From NCBI RefSeq assembly GCF_964213995.1, contig NC_135809.1:42284001-42348000 (forward strand): a DNA stretch of 64,000 nucleotides, written 5' to 3'. The position numbers were made by a program, and so were the translations under genes. The notes under the pieces were generated by a model that saw nothing but the letters and a program-made list of their open reading frames with translations, ran no database searches and was not told the origin of the DNA. The stretch is from Mustelus asterias (Eukaryota). Positions within the stretch are counted from its first letter, which is position 1. Each line of letters begins with the position of its first letter. Of this stretch, positions 12,207 to 22,172 are shown one piece after another.

Positions 12207-14100
12207 TTAAGAACATAAGAACATAAGAAATAGGAGCAGGAGTAGGCCATCTAGCCCCTCGAGCCTGCCCCGCCATTCAACAAGATTATGGCTGATCTGA
12301 AGCGAATCAGTTCCACTTACCCGCCTGCTCCCCATATCCCTTCATTCCCTTAGCGATCAGAAATCTATCTACCCTCTGAGAGAAGAAGTTCCCCCTCAAC
12401 TCTGTTCTGAACCGGCCCCCAATTATTTTGAGGCTGTGCCCTCTAGTTCTGGTTTCCCTTCTAAGTGGAAATAATTCCTCTACCTCTACCCTATCCAGCC
12501 CCTCCATTATCTTATATGCCTCTATAAGATCACCCCTCAGCCTTCTAAACTCCAACGAGTACAGACCCAATCTGTTCAATCTCTCCTCATAAGCTACACC
12601 CCTCATCTCTGGTATCACCCTGGTGAATCTTCTCTGCACTCCCTCCAAGGCCAATATATCCTTTCGCAAATAAGGGGACCAAAACTGCACACAGTACTCC
12701 AGTTGCGGCCTCACCAGTGCCTTGTATAGTTGCAGCAAGACCTCCCTGCTTTTATCTTCTATCCCCCTCACGATAAAGGCCAACATTCCATTCGCCTTCT
12801 TGATCACCTGCTGCACCTGCAGACTGAGTTTTTGCGATTCGTGCACAAGGACCCCCAGGTCCCTCTGCACAGTAGCATGATGTAATTTTTCTCCATTTAA
12901 ATAATATTCCAATTTACTATTATTTCTTCCAAAGTGGATAACCTCACATTTGCCAATGTTATATTCCATCTGCCAGATCCTCGCCCACTCGCTCAGCCAC
13001 TTCCTTTTTGTCCACTTCCTTTTTTAAACAGCGGCGTAACAGTAGCTGTTTTCCAATCAGCCGGCACTACCCCAGAGCCCAGCGAATTTTGATAAATAAC
13101 TACTAATGCATCTGCTATTACCTCAGCCATTTCTTTCAGTACCCTGGGATGCATTCCATCCGGGCCCGGGGACTTGTCTACCTTCAGTCCCATTAGTCGA
13201 CCAAGCACTACCTCTTTAGTAACAGTAATTGTATTAAGGACCTCACCTCCCACCAACTCTCGATCTCCAATATTCGGTAAACTATTTGTGTCTTCCACCG
13301 TGAAGACTGACACAAAGAACTTATTTAAAGTCTCAGCCATTTCCTCGTTTTCCACTATTAAATCTCCCCTCTCGTCCTCCATGGGTCCAACATTCACTCT
13401 AGCCACTCTATTCCTTTTTATATATTTGTAAAAAACTTTTACTATCATTTTTTATATTTTGAGCTAGTTTAGTTTCATAATCTATCTTTCCTTTCTTAAT
13501 CGCTTTCTTAGTCGTTCTTTGTTGTTTTTTAAAGCTTTCCCAATCCACTAATTCTCCACTATTTTTGGCCACTCTGTACGCATCTGTTTTTATTTTAATA
13601 CTCTCCTTTATTTCCTTCGTTATCCATGTCTGGATATCCCTTTTCTTACATTCCTTCTTTATCACCGGAATATATTTTTGTGAGTACTTAAAAAAATCTC
13701 CTTAAAAATCCTCCACTGTTCCTCAGCTGTCCTACCTACCAGTCTGCTCGCCCAGTCTACATTAGCCAATTCCGCCCTCATCCTATCGTACTCCCCTCTG
13801 TTCAAGCAGAGGACACTGGTTTGGGACCCGACTTTCTCACCCTTCATCTGTATCAGAAATTCAACCATATTATGATCACTCAACCCCAGAGGATCCCTCA
13901 CAAGAAGATCCTTAGTTCTACCTGTCTCATTACACAGTACCAGATCTAAGATAACTCGCTCTCTCCTAGGTTCTGTAACATACTGTTCAATGAAACTATC
14001 CCGACAGCATTCTAAGAACTCTTTCTCAGGCCCTCCACGTCCAATTTGAGTCGACCAATCAATATGCAGGTTAAAATACCCCATGATTATTACCTTTGTT
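12207..14100 (-). mobile_element. 5'-truncated CR1 LINE with internal deletion of the RT core
   Basis: ORFs 13662-14132 (EN: DLVL, SDHN), 12993-13448 (KSPGPDG, TPLFKKG) and 12307-12969 (RT C-terminus); (taagaaca)n tail at 12207-12230. Confidence 0.94.
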
Positions 14101-14129
14101 TCTGCATTTGTTTCAGATTCCAGCATCCA

Positions 14130-14810
14130 CAATATGTTACTTTTATTTTCAGAAGTTCCTCCACTACTGAACTCAAACTGACCAGTCTGTAGTTGTCGGC
14201 TTTATCCTTGCACCCCCTTTTGAACAAGTGTGTAACATTCCCACTTTTTCAGTCTTCTGGCACTACCTGTGACTAATGAAGACTAAAAGGCACCTCTGCA
14301 ACTTCCACACTCTCCCCTCAGTATCCTTGGAGACATCTCATCCAATCCTGGTACCCTATTTGTTTTATGTCAAGATAGCCTAAAACCTTCTCCCTCTCAC
14401 TTGTAAATTCTTCAAATATAGCAGTTACCTCCTCTCTCACTTCAGCCTGGGTAGCATTTCTTCCTTCATAAAGAGAGATACAAAGTACTCATTTAATATT
14501 TCTGCTATTTCTCCTGGTTCCACATGCAAGTCCCCTTCTTTATCCCAAATCAGCCCTACTCTTTCTTTTACCACACATGTATTTTTCATATGCTTATGGA
14601 AGTCTCTGCTCATGATCTCTCCTTGCTATTTGCATTACTTTTTTCACTTCCCCTCTGGTCCTTCTATATTCAGCTTGATAAGACCATAGACATGGGTGCT
14701 GAACTAGGCCATTTGGCCCATCGAGTCTGCTCCGCCATTCAATGAGATCATGACTGATCTGATGTGATAATCCTCAATGTCACTTTCTTGCTTTATCCCC
14801 ATAACTCTGT
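14130..14810 (-). mobile_element. Old CR1 fragments (ORF2 remnant plus a 3' UTR piece)
   Basis: gaactcaaactgaccagtctgtagtt (NYRxVSL remnant) and the CR1 3' UTR motif ggccatttggcccatcgagtctgctccgccattcaat. Confidence 0.7.
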
Positions 14811-14955
14811 AGAAGGGAATTTCAAATCAGCTAGTGAGATTCACAGACAAATGTAGTCTTTATGGAGACAGGATAGCAAAAAAAGAGGTTAAATGATTCT
14901 TTATAACAAGTTAATATGAACAGTTCGCTCATATAGTTCATAAGATACTGAATGC

Positions 14956-15229
14956 GGGCGGCACGGTGGCGCAGTGGTTAGAACTGCTGCCTCACAGCGC
15001 CAGGGACCCAGGTTCGATTCCTGGCTTGGGTCACTGTCTGTGTGGAGTTTGCACGTTCCCCATGTCTGCGTGGGTTTCCTCCAGGTGCTCCGGTTTCCTC
15101 CCACTGTCTGAAAGGCATGTTGATTAGGTGCATTGACCCGGACAGGTGCCGAAGTGTGGCGACTAGGGGATTTTCACAGTAACTTCATTGAGCATTGTCA
15201 GCCTTACTTGTGACTAATAAACAAACTTT
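14956..15229 (+). mobile_element. Full-length HE1/V-SINE-type SINE
   Basis: gggcggcacggtggcgcagtggttag (box A), ggttcgattcc (box B), V core, tail ttcacagtaacttcattg...gtgactaataaa. Confidence 0.92.
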
Positions 15230-15999
15230 GCTTTAGTATTAAAACAGATGAATATGATTTTAAAGTATATATACTGAAGTATTGAATGTATTTTAATATA
15301 TAAAATATATTGTTGCCTCAGTCAAAAAGAGCAAATGCTGCAAAGTGTAATGGTAAGGTCAGAAGGTTAGAGCGACAAGCTGGGAATCCATTAGTTAGCA
15401 AACGTATGTATTGGAAAGTTACAAGTTTTTGAACAAATGTTGTACCTTTATAGCAGCATACATTGTCCAGACATAAGATAATTAATTCCTCAGGCCCAGG
15501 AATCACGTATCTTCGTGTCTTGGCAATGTGCCTGTGGGAAAGGTTCATCTATGGAAAGCATCCATAGTTACATAGCAACCAGGAAATGGGTTTAGCCAAG
15601 ATGGGAGGATGTCCGAATTCAATGAACTAATGAGATATCATTGTACTGAGTGGCAGATTGAAACTGACTGAAGTATCTTGTCAAGAAACTGTACTGACAT
15701 GTGAACACGAAATGAAATTGATTCCAAGCTAATGAAGAGGTGTATTTTAGATAACAAAAGGGTATAACCATTAAGTATTTTGGCTACAAACCTAGATCTC
15801 AGGAGGTTTTTCAGCTTTGAACCTGAGCTGTTTAACCATTTGGAGACCTCCGAACGGCCGTACATTTTTGTTTGGATGTCCTGTTTGATTTTATGTTTTA
15901 AAATAAATTTTGTTACATCTTTTGAACAGAGACTTTGCCTTTTGCGAGTTTTTAAATAGAGTCGAAGTCTATAGGCATAAATTGGCCACCTTTTAAAAA

Positions 16000-16865
16000 T
16001 TCTCGATTCCCTTATTGATTTAAAATCTGTTTATCTCACCCTTGAACATACTCTAATGGTAAAGAATTCTACAGATTCACTGCCCTGAGAAGAAATTCTT
16101 CCTCATTTCTGTCTTAAATGGGCAACCCCCGATACTGAGATTATGCCCTCACGTCCTAGACTATCCCACAAGGGTCAACAATCACTCAGCATCTATACTG
16201 TCAACTCCCCTGAGGATCCAATACATGTCAATAAGATCATCTCTCATTCTTCCAAACACCAATGTACTACCAGTACATCCACTATCTCTGTAGCTATTCT
16301 CTTTAATATCTAAGGACGTAATCTATCATCAGGTCCAGGGGACTTACTGGCATTTAGGCCCATTAGTTTCCCTGGTACTTTTTCCACAGTGATAGTTATT
16401 GTATTAATTACCTGCCCCTTTTTGTCCCTTAATTATTAAACATTTTTGGATTTCTATGCGTCAGTCTTCATGGTACAAGACACTAAGTATGTATTTAACC
16501 CTCTACCATTTTCTGGTTCCCCATTATTATTTTCCAGGTCTCATTCTCGAAGGGGCCTATGTTCACTTTGGTTACTATTCCTGTTCGTATACTTAAGAAG
16601 CTCTCGCTGTTTGTTGGTTTTTATATTACTTGCTAGTTTACCCTCAGTTTACTTCTCCCTCTTTACTATTTTCTGGTCATTTGTTGTCAGTTTTTAAGAC
16701 TTTCCCACTCCTCTGGCTTACCACTAATCCTTGCCACATTTTATCTTGTTGTATCACTTATATATCACAATATCTACTTTTTCCATTCTGGTCCTTCAAT
16801 ATTCAGCCTGATTCTCCATTCTATTTTCTACCTGACATCTGTCATACACGCACTTCTTCCTTTAC
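16000..16865 (-). mobile_element. Old CR1 fragments
   Basis: 3' end remnant (gaattctacagattcactgccctgagaagaaattc) and a KSPGPDD remnant (atcaggtccaggggactt). 16790-16860 resembles 61950-62020. Confidence 0.72.
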
Positions 16866-16966
16866 ACCTTTTCCTTTTCTCCCCCCATCCTCCAACCTCT
16901 TTTCCCATCCCCAACCCATCTTTCACCTTCCTCCTCTTATCTTCCTCCTCCCCTCTGCACCCCCAT

Positions 16967-17386
16967 TTGATCCACTGGAGCAAGCTGAGAGGGGTGATTG
17001 AAGGCAGCAGTGCTGGTGAGAGATTAATTGAATTGTTTATTTATTTAATTAGTCAGCTAGTGTGTGTATTTTTTTGGCCTTTACTTTAACAGCAGTTTTT
17101 CAAGTTTAAAGTGAAAACTAGAAGTGGGCAGCAAAGGAGTCTGGGAAGGGTTTTTATTTTAACTTTAAAAGTCAGTTACCTGGGAGGTTCCCCCTCATTG
17201 ATCCACTGGAGCAAGCTGAGAGGGGTGATTGAAGGCAGCAGTGCTGGTGAGAGATTAATTGAATTGTTTATTTATTTAATTAGTCAGCTAGTGTGTGTAT
17301 TTTTTTGGCCTTTACTTTAACAGCAGTTTTTCAAGTTTAAAGTGAAAACTGGAAGTGGGCAGCAAAGGAGTCTGGGAAGGGTTTTT
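16967..17386 (+). repeat. Near-perfect direct duplication of about 190 bp (period 231) in the CR1 5' UTR
   Basis: ttgatccactggagcaagctgagagggg...ctgggaagggttttt at 16967-17155 and 17198-17386; I see one substitution (ctagaag/ctggaag). Confidence 0.93.
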
Positions 17387-17579
17387 TAAGCGCGTGAAGT
17401 ATAAAAGGTAGGCTGCAGTATACAGCGGGCAGCGTCGGGAGCGGGCAGTGGAGTGTGTGGGAAGCAGAGTGTGAGCTATAAGACTTTGGCTCACAGGGCT
17501 TAGGCTGAAAGGGCGAGCAGGGGTGAGTTGAATTCACTTTTGCACTTTCTACCTGGTACTGGCAAGGTATCTCGAGGGG

Positions 17580-18506
17580 ATGGGTGTGCAGGCAGTGCAA
17601 TGTTCCTCTTGCACTATGTTTGAGGTGAGGGACGACGACAGTGTCCCTACTGATTACACCTGTGGGAAGTGCACCCATCTGCAGCTCCTCCAAAACCGTG
17701 TTAGGGAACTGGAGCTGGAGTTGGATGAACTTAGGATCATCAGGGACGCAGAGATGGCCATAGACACAAGCTTTAGGAATACAGTTACTCCGAGGATTGA
17801 AAACAGATGGGTGACGGTGAGAGGGGCTGGGAGGAAGCAGTCCGTGCAGGGATCCCCGGTGGTCGTTCCCCTTAGCAACAAGTATTCCGCTTTGGATACG
17901 GTTGAGGGGGATGACATACCAGTGGGGAGCCGCAGTGAGAGGATCTCCAGCACTGTGTCCGTCTCTGTGGCTCGGGAGGGAAAGGGGGAGAGCGGGAGGG
18001 CGATAGTTATTGGGGACTCGTTAGTTAGAGGGATAGATAGGAGGTTCTGTGGCAGCAAAAGAGACTCACGGATGGTATGTTGCCTACCGGATGCCAAGGT
18101 CCGTGATGTCTCAGACCGTGTTTTCCAGATTCTGAAGGGGGAGGGGAAACAGTCACAAGTCGTGGTGCACATTGGTACCAATGACATAGGTAAGAGAAGG
18201 GACGGGGATTTAAAGCAGGAATTTCTGGAGCTGGGCTGGAAGCTGAGAGCCAAGACGAAACATGTGGTCATCTCTGGTACGTTGCCGGTACCACGTGATA
18301 GCGAGTTGAGGAACAGGGAGAGAGAGCAGTTAAATATGTGGTTGCAGGGATGGTGTAGGAGGGAGGGTTTCAGATACGTGGATAATTGGAACACGTTCTG
18401 GGGAAGGTGGGACCTGTACAAACAGGACGGGGTGCACCTGAACCAGAGGGGCACCAATATCCTCGGAGGGAAATTTGTTACGGCTCTTCAGGGGGGTTTA
18501 AACTAA
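17580..18506 (+). CDS. CR1 ORF1p: CxxC-x16-CxxC zinc finger, coiled coil and SGNH/GDSL esterase domain (308 aa)
   Basis: CSSC...CGKC, LQNRVRELELELDELR, esterase blocks IGDSLVRG, HIGTND and DGVHLN. This is the known esterase-type ORF1 of CR1-clade LINEs. Confidence 0.93.
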   Translation: MGVQAVQCSSCTMFEVRDDDSVPTDYTCGKCTHLQLLQNRVRELELELDELRIIRDAEMAIDTSFRNTVTPRIENRWVTVRGAGRKQSVQGSPVVVPLSNKYSALDTVEGDDIPVGSRSERISSTVSVSVAREGKGESGRAIVIGDSLVRGIDRRFCGSKRDSRMVCCLPDAKVRDVSDRVFQILKGEGKQSQVVVHIGTNDIGKRRDGDLKQEFLELGWKLRAKTKHVVISGTLPVPRDSELRNREREQLNMWLQGWCRREGFRYVDNWNTFWGRWDLYKQDGVHLNQRGTNILGGKFVTALQGGLN

Positions 18507-18565
18507 TTTGTCAGGGGAGTGGGAAAGGGAGTTGAAGTCCAGAAGTCAGTGAGGGTGGTGAGGTA

Positions 18566-21400
18566 TTGGGGAAGGTATCAGGGTCAAGGGTGGGTACTGG
18601 TAGACAGGAAGGTGGGTTGAAGTGTATCTACTTCAATGCAAGGAGCATCCGGAACAAGGTAGATGAACTTGGGGCGTGGATTGGTACTTGGGACTACGAT
18701 GTTGTGGCCATTACGGAGACGTGGGTAGAACAAGGACAGGAATGGTTGTTGGACGTTCCGGGGTATAGATGTTTCAGTAAGTGTAGGGAAGCTGGTAAAA
18801 GAGGTGGAGGAGTGGCATTGTTAATCAAGGATAGTTTAACGGCTGCGGAAAGGCACTTCGTGGGGGATCTGCACACTGAGGTAATATGGGCTGAAGTTAG
18901 AAATAGGAAAGGAGCGGTCACGTTGCTAGGAGTTTACTATAGGCCCCCAAATAGTAATAGAGATGTGGAGGAAGAAATTGCTAAGCAGATTATGGATATG
19001 TGTGGGGGTCACAGGGTAGTTGTCATGGGGGACTTTAACTTTCCAAATATTGATTGGAACCTTTGTAGGTCAAATAGTTTGGATGGGGCAGTTTTTGTGC
19101 AGTGTGTGCGGGAGGGTTTCCTGACACAATATGTGGATGGGCCGACTAGAGGTGAGGCCACATTGGATTTGGTACTGGGAAATGAACCGGGCCAAGTGTT
19201 AGATTTGGTTGTGGGAGAGCAATTTGGAGATAGTGACCACAATTCGGTGTCTTTTGTTATTGCAATGGAGAGGGATAGGGCCGTACGGCAGGGCAAGGTT
19301 TACAATTGGGGGAGGGGTAATTATGATGCGATTAGGCAAGAATTAGGGGGCATAAGTTGGGAACAGAAACTGTCAGAGAAAGGAACTAATGAAAAGTGGA
19401 ACTTTTTCAAGGAACAAATACTGGATGTCCTTGATAGGTATGTTCCTGTCAGGCAGGGAGGAAATGGCCGAGTGAGGGAACCATGGTTCACAAAAGAGGT
19501 GGAATGTCTTGTGAAAAGGAAGAGGGAAGCTTATGTAGGGATGAGGAAACAAGGTTCAGATGGCTCGATTGAGGGTTACAAGTTAGCAAGGAATGAGCTG
19601 AAAAAGGGGCTTAGGAGAGCTAGGAGGGGACATGAGAAGTCCTTGGCGGATCGGATCAAGGAAAACCCCAAGGCTTTTTACTCTTATGTGAGGAATAAAA
19701 GAATGACCAGGGTGAGGTTAGGGCCGGTCAAGGACAGTAGTGGGAACTTGTGTATGGAGTCAGTAGAGATAGGCGAGGTGATGAATGAATACTTTTCTTC
19801 AGTGTTCACCAAGGAGAGGGGCCATGTTTTTGAGGAAGAGAAGGTGTTACAGGCTAATAGGCTGGAGGAAATAGATGTTCGGAGGGAGGATGTCTTGGCA
19901 GTTTTGAATAAACTGAAGGTCGATAAGTCCCCTGGGCCTGATGAAATGTATCCTAGGATTCTGTGGGAGGCAAAGGATGAGATTGCAGAGCCTTTGGCGT
20001 TGATCTTTGGGTCCTCGCTGTCCACGGGGATGGTGCCAGAGGACTGGAGAATGGCGAATGTTGTTCCTCTGTTTAAGAAAGGGAATAGAAATGACCCTGG
20101 TAATTATAGACCGGTTAGTCTTACTTCGGTGGTTGGTAAATTGATGGAAAGGGTCCTTAGGGATGGGATTTACGACCATTTAGAAAGATGCGGATTAATC
20201 CGAGATAGTCAGCACGGATTCGTGAAGGGCAAGTCGTGCCTCACAAATTTGATAGAATTTTTTGAGGAGGTAACTAAGTGTGTTGATGAAGGTAGGGCAG
20301 TTGATGTCATATACATGGATTTTAGTAAGGCGTTTGATAAGGTCCCCCATGGTCGGCTTATGATGAAAGTGAGGAGGTGTGGGATAGAGGGAAAGTTGGC
20401 CGATTGGATAGGTAACTGGCTGTCTGACCGAAGACAGAGGGTGGTGGTCGATGGAAAATTTTCGGATTGGAGGCAGGTTGCTAGCGGTGTGCCGCAGGGA
20501 TCAGTGCTTGGTCCTCTGCTCTTTGTGATTTTTATTAATGACTTAGAGGAGGGGGCTGAAGGGTGGATCAGTAAATTTGCTGATGACACCAAGATTGGTG
20601 GAGTAGTGGATGAGGTGGAGGGCTGTTGTAGGCTGCAAAGAGACATAGATAGGATGCAAAGCTGGGCTGAAAAATGGCAAATGGAGTTTAACCCTGATAA
20701 ATGTGAGGTGATTCATTTTGGTAGGACTAATTTAAATGTGGATTACAGGGTCAAAGGTAGGGTTCTGAAGACTGTGGAGGAACAGAGAGATCTTGGGGTC
20801 CATATCCACAGATCTCTAAAGGTTGCCAGTCAAGTGGATAGAGCTGTGAAGAAGGCCTATAGTGTGTTAGCTTTTATTAACAGGGGGTTGGAGTTTAAGA
20901 GCCGTGGGGTTATGCTGCAACTGTACAGGACCTTGGTGAGACCACATTTGGAATATTGTGTGCAGTTCTGGTCACCTCACTATAAGAAGGATGTGGAAGC
21001 GCTGGAAAGAGTGCAGAGGAGATTTACCAGGATGCTGCCTGGTTTGGAGGGTAGGTCATATGAGGAAAGGTTGAGGGAGCTAGGGCTGTTCTCTCTGGAG
21101 CGGAGGAGGCTGAGGGGAGACTTAATAGAGGTGTATAAAATGATGAAGGGGATAGATAGAGTGAACGTTCAAAGACTATTTCCTCGGGTGGATGGAGCTA
21201 TTACAAGGGGGCATAACTATAGGGTTCGTGGTGGGAGATACAGGACGGATATCAGAGGTAGGTTCTTTACGCAGAGAGTGGTTGGGGTGTGGAATGGACT
21301 GCCTGCAGTGATAGTGGAGACAGACACTTTAGAAACATTTAAGCGGTTATTGGATAGGCACATGGAGCACACCAGGATGATAGGGAGTGGGATAGCTTGA
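18566..21400 (+). CDS. CR1 ORF2p: APE endonuclease plus reverse transcriptase (944 codons; true start uncertain, track start is TTG)
   Basis: FNARSIRNK, ITETW, GDFN, SDHN, KSPGPD, QHGF, YMDFSKAFD, GVPQGSVLGP and FADD all intact, with no internal stop. Confidence 0.95.
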   Translation: MGKVSGSRVGTGRQEGGLKCIYFNARSIRNKVDELGAWIGTWDYDVVAITETWVEQGQEWLLDVPGYRCFSKCREAGKRGGGVALLIKDSLTAAERHFVGDLHTEVIWAEVRNRKGAVTLLGVYYRPPNSNRDVEEEIAKQIMDMCGGHRVVVMGDFNFPNIDWNLCRSNSLDGAVFVQCVREGFLTQYVDGPTRGEATLDLVLGNEPGQVLDLVVGEQFGDSDHNSVSFVIAMERDRAVRQGKVYNWGRGNYDAIRQELGGISWEQKLSEKGTNEKWNFFKEQILDVLDRYVPVRQGGNGRVREPWFTKEVECLVKRKREAYVGMRKQGSDGSIEGYKLARNELKKGLRRARRGHEKSLADRIKENPKAFYSYVRNKRMTRVRLGPVKDSSGNLCMESVEIGEVMNEYFSSVFTKERGHVFEEEKVLQANRLEEIDVRREDVLAVLNKLKVDKSPGPDEMYPRILWEAKDEIAEPLALIFGSSLSTGMVPEDWRMANVVPLFKKGNRNDPGNYRPVSLTSVVGKLMERVLRDGIYDHLERCGLIRDSQHGFVKGKSCLTNLIEFFEEVTKCVDEGRAVDVIYMDFSKAFDKVPHGRLMMKVRRCGIEGKLADWIGNWLSDRRQRVVVDGKFSDWRQVASGVPQGSVLGPLLFVIFINDLEEGAEGWISKFADDTKIGGVVDEVEGCCRLQRDIDRMQSWAEKWQMEFNPDKCEVIHFGRTNLNVDYRVKGRVLKTVEEQRDLGVHIHRSLKVASQVDRAVKKAYSVLAFINRGLEFKSRGVMLQLYRTLVRPHLEYCVQFWSPHYKKDVEALERVQRRFTRMLPGLEGRSYEERLRELGLFSLERRRLRGDLIEVYKMMKGIDRVNVQRLFPRVDGAITRGHNYRVRGGRYRTDIRGRFFTQRVVGVWNGLPAVIVETDTLETFKRLLDRHMEHTRMIGSGIA

Positions 21401-22097
21401 TCTTGGTTTCAGATAAAGCTCGGCACAACATCGTGGGCCAAAGGGCCTGTTCTGTGCTGTACTGTTCTATGTTCTATGTTCTATATCAGGTTACAGGGCC
21501 AGCCAGAAACCAGAAGCGACGTTTCCCAGATGGTCCTGCTACAGTTTTGAAGCCAATACAATAATAATGAGGACCGTTGGAGAGAAGTAAATATTGGTGA
21601 AGTCTGGAGGAGGAGGAAGTTAAACGGGCCCTAAATCCTGGGGGCTGGTTGGGTGGAAAGTATGGCCCCTGAGACTAAAATGAATGAAGAATGAATTCAT
21701 TCTCAAGTATATAATGTGTAGCAGAATAATTTTTTTGGGACTAGATATTAAGTAATTAATTTCTTTGTATTTTTCAAATACAGGTTACTGAGTGATTTGG
21801 GTCGTTTAGAGCGCATTATCAAATTTGATGTTAATATCAGTCCAACTTAAAACTTTTGCTGTCAAATCGTAATTAAGAGCATTGAGCACACTTGAATGCA
21901 AAATTGGTGTTAAAATCTTTGGTTTGGGATAGTGCCCATTGGGAGTAAGAACATAAAAAAAGTGTAATTCTGAATTATTTTTGAGGTACAAGGATACCTT
22001 GAACCTAGTTTTTCTGAGCCATATATACCTGCACAGTGGACCAATTCTGCTAGATCAAGCAACCCGTTCAATACTGGTAGAGTTAAATGCAAACATC

Positions 22098-22172
22098 AAT
22101 GTTAACTCTGTTTCTCTCTCCACAGATGCTGCCAGGTTTACTGCGTTTTTCCAGCAGTTTCTGTTTTATTAC
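22098..22172 (+). repeat. Penelope pLTR-derived short repeat fragment
   Basis: gttaactctgtttctctctccacagatgctgccagg...ttccagcagtttctgttttt, the same motif as 12148-12206 and 62880-63060. Confidence 0.7.

Larger units (their letters stand above)
16967..21484 (+). mobile_element. Essentially full-length, young CR1 LINE (5' UTR with duplication, ORF1, ORF2, 3' UTR, TTCTATG tail), antisense to ERC1
   Basis: Two long uninterrupted ORFs; 3' end ctgttctatgttctatgttctat. No clear target-site duplication seen. Confidence 0.96.

Noticed and set aside
14956-15035. tRNA-like A/B box heads as tRNA genes
   Set aside because: They continue into SINE cores and tails and lack a complete cloverleaf.
17654-18457. 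267-aa antisense ORF over CR1 ORF1, and other antisense ORFs over ORF2
   Set aside because: Shadow ORFs produced by codon bias on the opposite strand; no domain features.
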